DNA from: a virus
Lineage: Duplodnaviria > Caudoviricetes
Length of the DNA: 55,986 nucleotides
IMG/VR virus record: IMGVR_UViG_3300043411_001213
Span: 1-55,986 of that record
Reading direction: 5' to 3' (one strand)
A program made the position numbers and the translations under genes. How positions within the stretch are numbered: position 1 is the first letter of the stretch; every line of letters begins with the position of its first letter. Under the pieces are notes generated by a model. It did not search any database, was not told the origin of the DNA, and saw only the letters and a list, made by a program, of their open reading frames with translations. This document shows positions 46,838 through 55,513 of this stretch, in pieces.

Positions 46838-48142
46838 TTAAGTCTCCGAAAGTTGTTTGACGCCGATCCAGTGGAAGCGAACCCGTAGTTTTGCTGTAGT
46901 CGAACCGGGGAATATGCGGGCGCGGAAAGATGCGGTGGCACTGGTCATGCCAACCGGAGCCGTGAAGGGGTCAGAATGGAGAACGATTCGCCGTCCAGCC
47001 AGCCAATCACCCCAATGCAGGCCAGTTGGCCCGCCAATCGCCGGGCATGTGCCGGTTCCGCCACCCAACTCATTGAGCAGTTGAAAGCCGTAGTTTTCGC
47101 ACTCGACTACCTCAACGTCGCACAGCGCCTCATGCGCGGTGACGCCTGCGGTGTAGTTGGTTCCGTAATTGGTTGCGGCTAGGTCATGCGCGTCAAATCC
47201 GGAATACGCTGGGCCTGAGTACGTCCATAGTGCCTCGAACCCGTCTGCCGTCTGCGTTCCAATGACCGAACAACCTGCTCCCGGTGCATATAGTTGGAAG
47301 TTGTCGGGGGCCACTCCTGCAGCATTCGTGCCGATTGTCCCGCCTGTTCCGGCCACGGTTGCATTTCGGCTGCATATAACGTGCGCTGGCTTTGGTGCCC
47401 ACGGCGCGTACAAGCCAGCCATTTCGTCAGCGCCGGCAATGCCGAGCTTTAGCGCACCCTGGAGGTTTAGGTGCGTGCCATCCGAGGTATATCCGGACAG
47501 AGGAACCGGGTAGTTGTTGGAGTCTCCCGTGTCGCGGTACGGGTCCGTCCACGGCAGGTTTGCAACGTAGCCACTCGCCGCACGCATCGTTGTCTGAAGA
47601 TCGGCAACGATGGTCTTTTTTACCAACGTGTTGAACGTCACGCACGGAACCGGCTCGCTGGTAATCGCCCCCCACCCCTCGGCAGCAATCAGTGCCTGCA
47701 TGGCCTGATAGTCCGACCAGATGGATACTGCTGCCGTACCGCTGTTGATTGAATTGATCTCAGCGTGTAGCGCAATGACAGCGCGACGACCGCCGACAGC
47801 GGCCCGCATTTGACTGATATACGCCGGGACAGATGCCAGCACTTGCGCAGACGACGCGCCGACCCGCCCATAAAAACCGTTCAGTAGCTTGTTTGCCCAT
47901 GTCGAACCGGGGTCCATCGTCAGCGCAGGGGCTGACACATGGGCATAGTCGAACGGTTTCCGCAGGCAGGCGTTCATCCATTTATGGTGAGCCGCCGCCG
48001 CTTGCCCCTGCCAAGACCATTCCGACTGGTCAACACATTCCCCTGCGACCAGCGAATGCCCGACTGCGCCGAGAATTGGCCGGATGACAGACCGCCCCGC
48101 AGCAATCACGCCACCGGACGAACAGGAGTAGGACTCGCCCAC
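46838..48142 (-). CDS. SGNH/GDSL-like hydrolase with C-terminal beta domain
   Basis: GES, GRVG, EINS and DGTH motifs in SGNH block order. Confidence 0.55.
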   Translation of the reverse strand: MGESYSCSSGGVIAAGRSVIRPILGAVGHSLVAGECVDQSEWSWQGQAAAAHHKWMNACLRKPFDYAHVSAPALTMDPGSTWANKLLNGFYGRVGASSAQVLASVPAYISQMRAAVGGRRAVIALHAEINSINSGTAAVSIWSDYQAMQALIAAEGWGAITSEPVPCVTFNTLVKKTIVADLQTTMRAASGYVANLPWTDPYRDTGDSNNYPVPLSGYTSDGTHLNLQGALKLGIAGADEMAGLYAPWAPKPAHVICSRNATVAGTGGTIGTNAAGVAPDNFQLYAPGAGCSVIGTQTADGFEALWTYSGPAYSGFDAHDLAATNYGTNYTAGVTAHEALCDVEVVECENYGFQLLNELGGGTGTCPAIGGPTGLHWGDWLAGRRIVLHSDPFTAPVGMTSATASFRARIFPGSTTAKLRVRFHWIGVKQLSET

Positions 48143-48150
48143 GGGATGCC

Positions 48151-48549
48151 TTAGAAGTGGGTGAATTCGTGGGTGATAGCAGCCACAGAGTAAGTGCCAC
48201 CAGAGCTTGCTACCGTCGCGCCGAAGTCATCAATTGCCACGATTTTGTTGCCGTCCGTCGTGTCGATGATGGCCGCGCCAGTTGCGCTAATCGTGGTTGC
48301 GCCAGGCCATCCAGCAGGAGTGAATACGATCACCGTTTTGTGGTTCGTCGTATCCGGAGTGACCGTGCAAGTCACATCACAGCCGCCTGCGGTGTAGAGC
48401 GTGCCGGTGACTTCCGTCAGGTGAGCCGATGTCGAATCGGTAGCGCGGTTGTAAGTGCTGATGTCGATCAGCATACATTTCAGCGTGTTGGTTTCGAGTG
48501 CGGCCAACTTGCTGTCAAGGTATGCGTCAGGAATGTGAATAGTTGCCAT
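48151..48549 (-). CDS. Putative virion structural protein (132 aa)
   Basis: AAGGAG RBS; LKCML...EVTGTLYTAGG...DFG pattern. Confidence 0.6.
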   Translation of the reverse strand: MATIHIPDAYLDSKLAALETNTLKCMLIDISTYNRATDSTSAHLTEVTGTLYTAGGCDVTCTVTPDTTNHKTVIVFTPAGWPGATTISATGAAIIDTTDGNKIVAIDDFGATVASSGGTYSVAAITHEFTHF

Positions 48550-48554
48550 TGGTC

Positions 48555-48854
48555 TTACTCCTTGCGGTAAATATGGTTGTTTTGCGTGTGTTCCATTTCG
48601 GAAACGTAAGCAGATGCGCAGTGATACGGGTCGTTGAACAGCCAGTTGATAAATGCTTCAGTGCGCTTGCGGTGGGTTCTGTGTGCCCAAGCCGATATCG
48701 TTTCGTCAGCGTAGGCGCCAGGGAGCAGGCAAGTGGCCAGCCACTGATCCTTGGCGACCAACATCTGCATACCATTGAGAATCCATCCGACTACGAAGAG
48801 AAGGACCCACACGAACCCAATTGCGGCAAAGACGAATGTGATCGAGCTGAGCAT
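48555..48854 (-). CDS. Hypothetical membrane protein
   Basis: N-terminal TM; DETISA...INWLF..HC motif. Confidence 0.65.
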   Translation of the reverse strand: MLSSITFVFAAIGFVWVLLFVVGWILNGMQMLVAKDQWLATCLLPGAYADETISAWAHRTHRKRTEAFINWLFNDPYHCASAYVSEMEHTQNNHIYRKE

Positions 48855-49063
48855 CAGAAGACCGCCCTCACAAACACGCGCCCGTCGTCGTATGTCTTTC
48901 CGTCCGGCGGAACACAGAAATGAACGTCAGTCTTCTCAGTGAGAAAATGCAGCCCGCGGCGATCGAGTGCCAGGCGACTGCCGCGACGACCGTTGGTCAT
49001 GTGTTCTGCGCAGTACGACCACATCTCTTCAACGGTCATACCAAGATCAAGCATTTGACTCAT
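48854..49063 (-). CDS. Hypothetical protein (69 aa)
   Basis: Coupled overlaps with both neighbours. Confidence 0.5.
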   Translation of the reverse strand: MSQMLDLGMTVEEMWSYCAEHMTNGRRGSRLALDRRGLHFLTEKTDVHFCVPPDGKTYDDGRVFVRAVF

Positions 49064-49455
49064 GTTGAAACCCCAAGCAGCTTGGCCATGGCCGGGCCAA
49101 AACCGAGCTTCCAGGCCATCCCAAGGAGGGCTAGGGTAGCCATGAGCTTCACGACGACAAACAGACCACTCACACCGTGCTTGATGGCTTCAGACTTCGC
49201 TGTGTGCCAGAACTCTTCCTCAGCCTGAGCGGCACGGATCTTTGATTCGTGATACTCACAGTGCCCGGTCAGGTCGCCGCTCGGAAAAGCCTCGGTCTTG
49301 AGATCACCGATCAGCTTGTTGATCCAGTCCCTCTCACGATCCTCGTGATCCTTAAGCATTTGCTTAATGTCAATTTCAAGTTGCTCAAGGGTCTTCGAAT
49401 AGACGCGACGATTCGGCCCAGTGTATTGCTCAGTGACGATGATTTCTTGAGTCAT
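49060..49455 (-). CDS. Membrane protein next to the lysis genes
   Basis: YTGPNRR and a C-terminal TM. Confidence 0.6.
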   Translation of the reverse strand: MTQEIIVTEQYTGPNRRVYSKTLEQLEIDIKQMLKDHEDRERDWINKLIGDLKTEAFPSGDLTGHCEYHESKIRAAQAEEEFWHTAKSEAIKHGVSGLFVVVKLMATLALLGMAWKLGFGPAMAKLLGVST

Positions 49456-49883
49456 TTGCTTGCCCCACTCTGTTGCTCAACCCATCCTTGCAGGAAGTTC
49501 AATTGGTTGGTGGTTTCGGCACACCCCGCTGCAAGTTCGAGGGCAGCAGGTATTGGGTAGTCGCTGGCTTCATCAGCTCGGGTGGAGGGGTTGGAAAGTC
49601 CGGGCATTGCACCGGCACCAGGTTGTGCCCGCAGGCGCACAGGGTGACTGCGCAGATAAGCGATAGAGGCTTCATATCCATCTTGAATGTCCTTGGTGAT
49701 CTGTTTCTGTTCTTCGACGAGCTTCTCAGTGGCAGCATTCTGGGCATTACCAAGTGCCGTGACCTGCGCACGGTATTCCGCAAAATCATCCGCAGACTTG
49801 CGCCACAAAGCCCCTGCCAGCAGTGTCGTTGCAAGTAGGATTCCGATCAGCGCAAACCGCCAGTTGGCCATCAACCAGATCAT
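49452..49883 (-). CDS. Rz: i-spanin
   Basis: N-terminal TM, coiled coil, C-terminal C...QL..LQGWV; contains an embedded lipoprotein gene. Confidence 0.8.
   Translation of the reverse strand: MIWLMANWRFALIGILLATTLLAGALWRKSADDFAEYRAQVTALGNAQNAATEKLVEEQKQITKDIQDGYEASIAYLRSHPVRLRAQPGAGAMPGLSNPSTRADEASDYPIPAALELAAGCAETTNQLNFLQGWVEQQSGASK
49499..49675 (-). CDS. Rz1: o-spanin lipoprotein embedded in Rz
   Basis: MKPLSLICAVTLCAC lipobox and Pro-rich CPDFPTPPPELM. Confidence 0.8.
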   Translation of the reverse strand: MKPLSLICAVTLCACGHNLVPVQCPDFPTPPPELMKPATTQYLLPSNLQRGVPKPPTN

Positions 49884-50101
49884 TGCTTAGACTCCACGAA
49901 GGCTTTGAAAATGTACCCGCCAAAAGCGCAGATCGGCGCGGTTACGGCAGCAATGATCGCTGCTATCTCCATGCCGTTACGAGCGTTGCCGGTGGCGAAC
50001 CACATAGCCCAGTCGGAGACTGCCCAGGTCATCCAAATAGCCGTGGTCAACACGACAGTGCGGGTCGGTATGTACTTCGAGACGTAGTCGGTGGCGTTCA
50101 T
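49880..50101 (-). CDS. Holin (2 TM)
   Basis: GGAGG RBS; two hydrophobic helices; lies between lysin and Rz. Confidence 0.65.
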   Translation of the reverse strand: MNATDYVSKYIPTRTVVLTTAIWMTWAVSDWAMWFATGNARNGMEIAAIIAAVTAPICAFGGYIFKAFVESKQ

Positions 50102-50544
50102 TCGACCTCCAACCAAGATTCAATACCGAGCTCCGCCGCGTCATCTATCTGGTCGATAATGCGCTGGACAGTATCTGCACATTTAGCGATACCAGAGCTT
50201 GTCCGCACCTGACCGACGCCAACGCAGCCGAGCAGGTCGCCAGGGCCGTTTGCTCCATGGATTCGTATGCCGGAATAACCGGGGACATCCAGAACAGCGG
50301 GAAGAACGCGCTGAAAGCGGTTGGAGAACGAAGTGATGAGCCGGTATCGGCCACGAGGGATAGCTGTGCGCCCATAAACCTTCCTTTCGGAAATGTCTTC
50401 CAGACTGCGTTCAAGGAACCGGTCCTCGTCCTCCAAGGACTGACAGAAAAACACATTGTCGAGATACACCCGGCCAAGCGTGTAGTTCTCGGCACCGGCA
50501 ACACGGGTCACCGGCTCGCGAACAACTTTGAACACCTGTCTCAT
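50098..50544 (-). CDS. Putative endolysin (DUF5675-like, His/Cys catalytic motif)
   Basis: TLG...SLED...AIPRGRY...IRIHGAN...GCVGVG; occupies the endolysin slot. Confidence 0.65.
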   Translation of the reverse strand: MRQVFKVVREPVTRVAGAENYTLGRVYLDNVFFCQSLEDEDRFLERSLEDISERKVYGRTAIPRGRYRLITSFSNRFQRVLPAVLDVPGYSGIRIHGANGPGDLLGCVGVGQVRTSSGIAKCADTVQRIIDQIDDAAELGIESWLEVE

Positions 50545-52082
50545 GCTTCACCCATGTTCAGAGGAATGACGTTTTCCGCCTTCTTGTTCTGCCCACGCCC
50601 TTGTGCCGGCTGATCGGATTTGATCTTCTGGTTGAGCGTGCTGCCATCGTTGGACGGAGTGGCCGCAGGGTCAGAGCCTGCAGGTGTGGCACCGGCGGCT
50701 GGCGCCTTGAATCGTGTGCCAGAAAGCGGCTTGAAGCCGGCCGGTGGCAACTTGCCAGTCAGCTGCAAACTGGCCTCCTCATCTGTCAGGAAACCGAGAT
50801 CCAGCTGTTCAAGGATCATCATCTGGCGCGTCTGCTTGAAGGCCATCAGTTCGCTTGCCGGCCGAATCTCGATCTGCTCATATTCAAAGCTCACATAGCC
50901 ATCGACACCCATCAGGCGGACGGCCACTGTCAACAGCCGTGAGTAAATCTCGTTCAGCTTTTGGCGAACAGAACTGTCGACCGATCGGATATATAGGGCC
51001 ACCTGCGTCGAAGCGATGTTCGAGCTCGACGAACCGGATTCAAGGCCGAGAACCGACGGTAGGGTTTTGCTACCCGACGCCAGCTTGGCGTTGGCGATAT
51101 CGCGCAGCGTCTCGTAATCGCTGGCGCTACCGGTCGGCACTTCCACTTCGAAACCGAGCGAGTCGAAATAAACAAGTGCGTCTTCCGGTTGCAGCGTGTT
51201 GACCTGTTGCTCAATCTGAGAGATCAGGCTGGCCATTTCGGCGCGAGCCTTCTCCTCGTCCATCTGTGCTTCCGGGGAGAGGTTCTTGCGGAACATCTCC
51301 TCGTCGATCGTCACCTTCAGGCGAGGATGAATGGCGCGACGCATGACGCGGGTCAGGTCAGCCATGAATGTTTCGCTGAAGATGACAGCCTTCAGAGCGG
51401 GTTCAAGCGGTGACGTTGGGTACGGGCTGAGCATGTCGGCGTCAAGCTGGACGATCGCAACAGTCGGCACGTCTAGGTCAAGCTCGTCGCTGCCAACCTT
51501 CTGGATAGGCTTGACACCGTTGCCATCCGGGCGGAACTGTACAACCGTGCTCGAAATCGGCTGAATCCGATACGGCATGCGAGCCTTGTCCAGGACCAAC
51601 TCGGCTGCCATCTGACCGTACATCACCGCATCGCGTGCTAGAGACTCGCTACACGATTTGATCGAGCCGTGACCGGTGTAGCCTTCCAAGGGGTCACCAA
51701 TGACGTCGAACCGTGTGAGCAGGGTCTGCAGGAGCTTGGTAGCCTCAACGTTGAGGACGCCGTCCATGTCACGAGCCACGGCAACGTACTTCTCAGGCAC
51801 ACCGATACGGATCGCCGTGTAAACAGCGTTGCTCAACTCCGGCGAGCTGGCCACAAGATCCTGAAGAACCTTGTGCGTCCCGCTGCCGTTGCGATACGTC
51901 GTGACGTCAGTGTTGACCAGGCGGCGCTCCGGCCGAGTGATCACCGCATCAGCAGGCTTCGTCGTCTGGAAGAACGCCGGCCACGAGCGCATACCGGGCT
52001 TCGCCTTGATGGGAGCCACGGGAGCGAGCTGACTGGCAGCTTCTACCTTGCGGTCAAACAGTGATCTGAAGCGTTCGAACAT
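50541..52082 (-). CDS. Portal protein
   Basis: 513 aa directly after the terminase large subunit. Confidence 0.8.
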   Translation of the reverse strand: MFERFRSLFDRKVEAASQLAPVAPIKAKPGMRSWPAFFQTTKPADAVITRPERRLVNTDVTTYRNGSGTHKVLQDLVASSPELSNAVYTAIRIGVPEKYVAVARDMDGVLNVEATKLLQTLLTRFDVIGDPLEGYTGHGSIKSCSESLARDAVMYGQMAAELVLDKARMPYRIQPISSTVVQFRPDGNGVKPIQKVGSDELDLDVPTVAIVQLDADMLSPYPTSPLEPALKAVIFSETFMADLTRVMRRAIHPRLKVTIDEEMFRKNLSPEAQMDEEKARAEMASLISQIEQQVNTLQPEDALVYFDSLGFEVEVPTGSASDYETLRDIANAKLASGSKTLPSVLGLESGSSSSNIASTQVALYIRSVDSSVRQKLNEIYSRLLTVAVRLMGVDGYVSFEYEQIEIRPASELMAFKQTRQMMILEQLDLGFLTDEEASLQLTGKLPPAGFKPLSGTRFKAPAAGATPAGSDPAATPSNDGSTLNQKIKSDQPAQGRGQNKKAENVIPLNMGEA

Positions 52083-52110
52083 TCGACGTGAACCCCAATT
52101 GGTTGCACGG

Positions 52111-52140
52111 AATGTATCAAAACACTGTTCACCATGGAAG
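52111..52140 (-). promoter_or_regulatory. Putative late promoter (portal-lysis)
   Basis: CTTCCAT-N17-TACATT. Confidence 0.65.
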
Positions 52141-52149
52141 GCACTTTCT

Positions 52150-52184
52150 ACATTAACTAGACACTGTCAACATTAACTAGACAC
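52150..52184. repeat. 15-bp direct repeat ACATTAACTAGACAC, two copies
   Basis: Copies at 52150-52164 and 52170-52184. Confidence 0.85.
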
Positions 52185-53879
52185 GTTGGATTTCACCTTG
52201 AACGTGCTCAACAACGGTATCGAGCCACCGCCACCGGTATCGGACACGCCGAGAATGTGCTTCGCGAGGAACGCGTAGCTCAACGAGAACCAGAAGTGAT
52301 CATTCCCAAGCTCAGACTTGATCCATTTGAACTTGATCTCCTGCGTACGCACGTCCCAGTCCTTGACCCGGCGCATGTCCGTGCAGTGCTCAACGAACTC
52401 CTTGTCCAGCGGGCAATGCAGCACCGAGAACTGACCAGAACGGATATAGGCCATCAGTGCATCGAACGTCTTGTCACGGGCCACGTTGATTTGCCGCAAC
52501 TGCTGCAGGCCCCGTTCGTCGTCCTCGTCACGCTTCTTGATACTAAACAGTTCCACGCCTTTTGTCTGGCTGTAGACAGATGCGTACAGGTTCTGGTCAA
52601 TCGCCTGCAGGGTCAGCACCATATCTGTGTATGGCAGCGAGTCAATCACAGACAGGCGCACGCGATGTTGCAGGCGCAGTTCCTTGTACCGCTCCTTCAA
52701 CATCTGCAGCGGCACCTTCTCCTTGTGAACCACCTGCATGGAACCGTCGTAGCTCGTGTTGGCCACGATGATGTGACAGGTCATGCCCAAGTCCACGCCC
52801 ATGACCGCGGCAGTCGTCCCGGGAAACTGTGAATGCACAATCGTGCCCTGAATCTCTTCAGGCGACAGCACCGACTCCTGCGAGAAATAAGGCAGCCCAA
52901 GGTTGAAGTTGATAAAGTCAGCAATGTTGCTGTACTGGGTCGATGCCTCGATCAGATAAGATGGCGTGATGATCCGCGGCGCATCAAACGGCGCCACCTG
53001 GAACCCCTCAGCCACATGGTTCTCACTCGGATTCTCACAGACCCACTCCCGGTGCTCTGGCGATAGATCCGGTCGACCCCCACAACTCGGACACTCCACA
53101 AACGCGTTGGCGTAATCGATCGAATGCAGGTTGCGCTTTGTGATGTCCTGCAGGTCACCGGTAAAACCGGGTATCTTGATGTGGCTGTAGTAGTCCGGGA
53201 TGAAGAAGTGGCCGCAATGATCACACTTCACGAAATTGAAGTGCCGCCTCGAACGCTGGAATTCGAAGTCAATCCCCTTCCCCGGGATCGTCGGCGTGCT
53301 CAACTTCGTCTTCATCTTGTGCGGCGAGTGCGTCAGGCGCGACTGGTACTGGCTGATCACCAACGGGTCGCTGAAATCCAACTCGTCATGAACTAGTGCG
53401 TCGGCCGGAATCGAGATCGGCGCATTCGAACTGGCAGCCCCTTTCAGGTACAAATAAGACGTGCCCAACTGCTTGACCTCGACGTTGTCCGTGTCAGTCA
53501 ACAGGTCCTTCAGATATGGTGACTCCTGAATCACCGGATTCACTCGCGTCTTCGCCAGCGTGGCTGCGAACGTCGCCGTCGGCAGCGTGTAAATCACGGT
53601 GAAATTCTTGATCATCCCGCACAGTGCCAACGACTTACGCACCGACAACTCAGAGATACCGACCTGCGAACACTTGCGAATGATCGTCTCACGGGCCTTG
53701 CTATCAAGGATCCGCTGCTGATACTCGTGATCCTTGTAGCTGTACGGCTTTCCGCCAATAAACGTGTTCTCGGCAATCCAGCGAGAAATCTCCTCGATCG
53801 CAACTGCCTGAGAAGCACCGGCCTTCAGGCGCTGCAAATGATTCTTGAATGCCTCCAGATCGAAATGAACCCGGCTCAC
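52173..53879 (-). CDS. Terminase large subunit (lambda GpA-like)
   Basis: YQQRIL, RKCSQVGISE, HDELD, STPT, CxxC pairs, GVDLG and NDHF motifs. Confidence 0.88.
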   Translation of the reverse strand: MSRVHFDLEAFKNHLQRLKAGASQAVAIEEISRWIAENTFIGGKPYSYKDHEYQQRILDSKARETIIRKCSQVGISELSVRKSLALCGMIKNFTVIYTLPTATFAATLAKTRVNPVIQESPYLKDLLTDTDNVEVKQLGTSYLYLKGAASSNAPISIPADALVHDELDFSDPLVISQYQSRLTHSPHKMKTKLSTPTIPGKGIDFEFQRSRRHFNFVKCDHCGHFFIPDYYSHIKIPGFTGDLQDITKRNLHSIDYANAFVECPSCGGRPDLSPEHREWVCENPSENHVAEGFQVAPFDAPRIITPSYLIEASTQYSNIADFINFNLGLPYFSQESVLSPEEIQGTIVHSQFPGTTAAVMGVDLGMTCHIIVANTSYDGSMQVVHKEKVPLQMLKERYKELRLQHRVRLSVIDSLPYTDMVLTLQAIDQNLYASVYSQTKGVELFSIKKRDEDDERGLQQLRQINVARDKTFDALMAYIRSGQFSVLHCPLDKEFVEHCTDMRRVKDWDVRTQEIKFKWIKSELGNDHFWFSLSYAFLAKHILGVSDTGGGGSIPLLSTFKVKSNVSS

Positions 53880-54304
53880 ATCAGGCCCGCTTTCGTCGCC
53901 ATGCGCTCGTACTCGGCAAAGAACTCATTCTTGACCGGTTCAGGCAGCGTCTTGATCGCCTCCACCAGGCACGACTCCATCACCTTCAGCGTCTGCTCCT
54001 TGCGCAGGTCCTCCTGCAGCTTCACCAGCTGCCCAAGCGTCGACACTACGGCATTGCACACCTGCGCCTTCTGGTTGGCAGGTGTGTCCATGTCACTGAG
54101 CACCTCATCCATCAAGCCCTTGGTCTTTCGATACTGCGAGACCAACTCCTCCTCCAGATTTAGGTCTGCAATGGCGTCACTCGGCAACCGATCGAGAATC
54201 TCATCAAGGAGCTCGCGCAATTGCGACTCGTTCATCAAATCCAGTGAGGGCGCCTGGTGCTCGAAGAGCGGGGTTTTTCCGGCGAGCTTGTCTTGGTTAA
54301 TCAT
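53876..54304 (-). CDS. Probable terminase small subunit
   Basis: Helical 142-aa ORF coupled (ATGA) to the large subunit. Confidence 0.55.
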   Translation of the reverse strand: MINQDKLAGKTPLFEHQAPSLDLMNESQLRELLDEILDRLPSDAIADLNLEEELVSQYRKTKGLMDEVLSDMDTPANQKAQVCNAVVSTLGQLVKLQEDLRKEQTLKVMESCLVEAIKTLPEPVKNEFFAEYERMATKAGLM

Positions 54305-55352
54305 TGTGCAATTTCCGCTTCCCATCCATCGTCCAAAGCAACAGTTCCGCCAACGCTACCTGATGATTGAAGCCCATGGCACTGACCTCAGACCACGTCA
54401 GGTCGTAAGCTCGCAGGTGCGAGTTGAACAGCCCGGCCAAAATCGCCGGATCGACACCGCGAGAGGCCGCGATTTCGTTCAATGGCGCCTCACCGAGCAG
54501 GACCCCAACGAGCATGCGCACAAGCTGCGCATCTCGCCACGACTGCGGTGTTTCAGGGTATTTCGTCGATTTTCTGATGAAAAGTCGTGAAGATTCAGCG
54601 ATTTTCATCCATTTTTCCGCATAAAACGGCAGTTTTTTGTCAATTTCTTCAGCGTACGCACGCTTAAAGGTGTCCGGAAATGCGGCCAAATCCTGTATTT
54701 TCAGCGGTGAAATCTCTTCAATCTTGCGGAAAATCGTCCTGCTGGAGATGCCCAACTCATCAGCCTTGTCCTTGGCAGAGGCTTTTCCAGCCAAAACATC
54801 CAGCGCTGCCTCGTATGCTGCGGCCTTTCGCTTGGGCAAAGTCGGCTCAGGGCGGGTTCTTTTGATGGCACCAGGGGCGAATCCGTATTTCCGACGGATG
54901 CCGTGGAGCGTGTATTTGGCAATGCCAAGGGCAGCGGCCCCCTGATCGAGGCTGACCACACCGAGTTCAAGCCTTGTCAGCGTGTCGTAGAGGGTCTCCA
55001 GTCGGTCACCCCAATTTGTCAGGATTAGCTTCAGGCTCTTGATCGGCAATTTGAGCATCTTCGACGCATCGTCCGGCGTGATGATCCCCTTCTGCACATT
55101 GAGCAGGGTCGGGATCGTGTCCCGCGGCTTGAGAATGACCTTTGGATCCGCTGACTTATCCGACCCGGTCAGTGGCAGAAGATCGAGGACTTCGACATTG
55201 TAGAAGTTCGCCACTTTGATGATGTGACTGTCCGGGATGCGATTCACCTTGCGCCACCGATAGATAGCTGCCGGTGTCAGCTTCAGCTCTCTGGCCAGCT
55301 TGGTCGGGTTATTGGTCAGGGTCGTGACCGAGGTCAGGTCTGGTGAGGCCAT
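54297..55352 (-). CDS. Multi-HTH DNA-binding protein
   Basis: Cro-like TKLARELKLTPAAIYRW plus further HTH-like segments, e.g. LDQGAAALGIAKYTL and KDKADELGISSRTIFR. Confidence 0.65.
   Translation of the reverse strand: MASPDLTSVTTLTNNPTKLARELKLTPAAIYRWRKVNRIPDSHIIKVANFYNVEVLDLLPLTGSDKSADPKVILKPRDTIPTLLNVQKGIITPDDASKMLKLPIKSLKLILTNWGDRLETLYDTLTRLELGVVSLDQGAAALGIAKYTLHGIRRKYGFAPGAIKRTRPEPTLPKRKAAAYEAALDVLAGKASAKDKADELGISSRTIFRKIEEISPLKIQDLAAFPDTFKRAYAEEIDKKLPFYAEKWMKIAESSRLFIRKSTKYPETPQSWRDAQLVRMLVGVLLGEAPLNEIAASRGVDPAILAGLFNSHLRAYDLTWSEVSAMGFNHQVALAELLLWTMDGKRKLHND
54353..54382 (-). promoter_or_regulatory. Putative late promoter (terminase), variant
   Basis: GTGCCAT-N17-TAGCGT about 50 nt upstream of the small subunit start. 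Confidence 0.45.
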
Positions 55353-55378
55353 CTTCTGTGTCCTTGTAAAGTAGACAC

Positions 55379-55408
55379 AGAGTACTTGCTGGACGCTTAT
55401 ATTGTCAA
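55379..55408 (-). promoter_or_regulatory. sigma70-like promoter for the multi-HTH gene
   Basis: TTGACA-N18-TACTCT. Confidence 0.55.
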
Positions 55409-55513
55409 GAACGTTGGTGTGTTCAGTTTTTCATATATGAAAACGGACCACAAATGTGGTTCGTGTCGGGTTAACCCACACCAAGGTTCTATGTCCTTGG
55501 TTGTAATTGGCAC

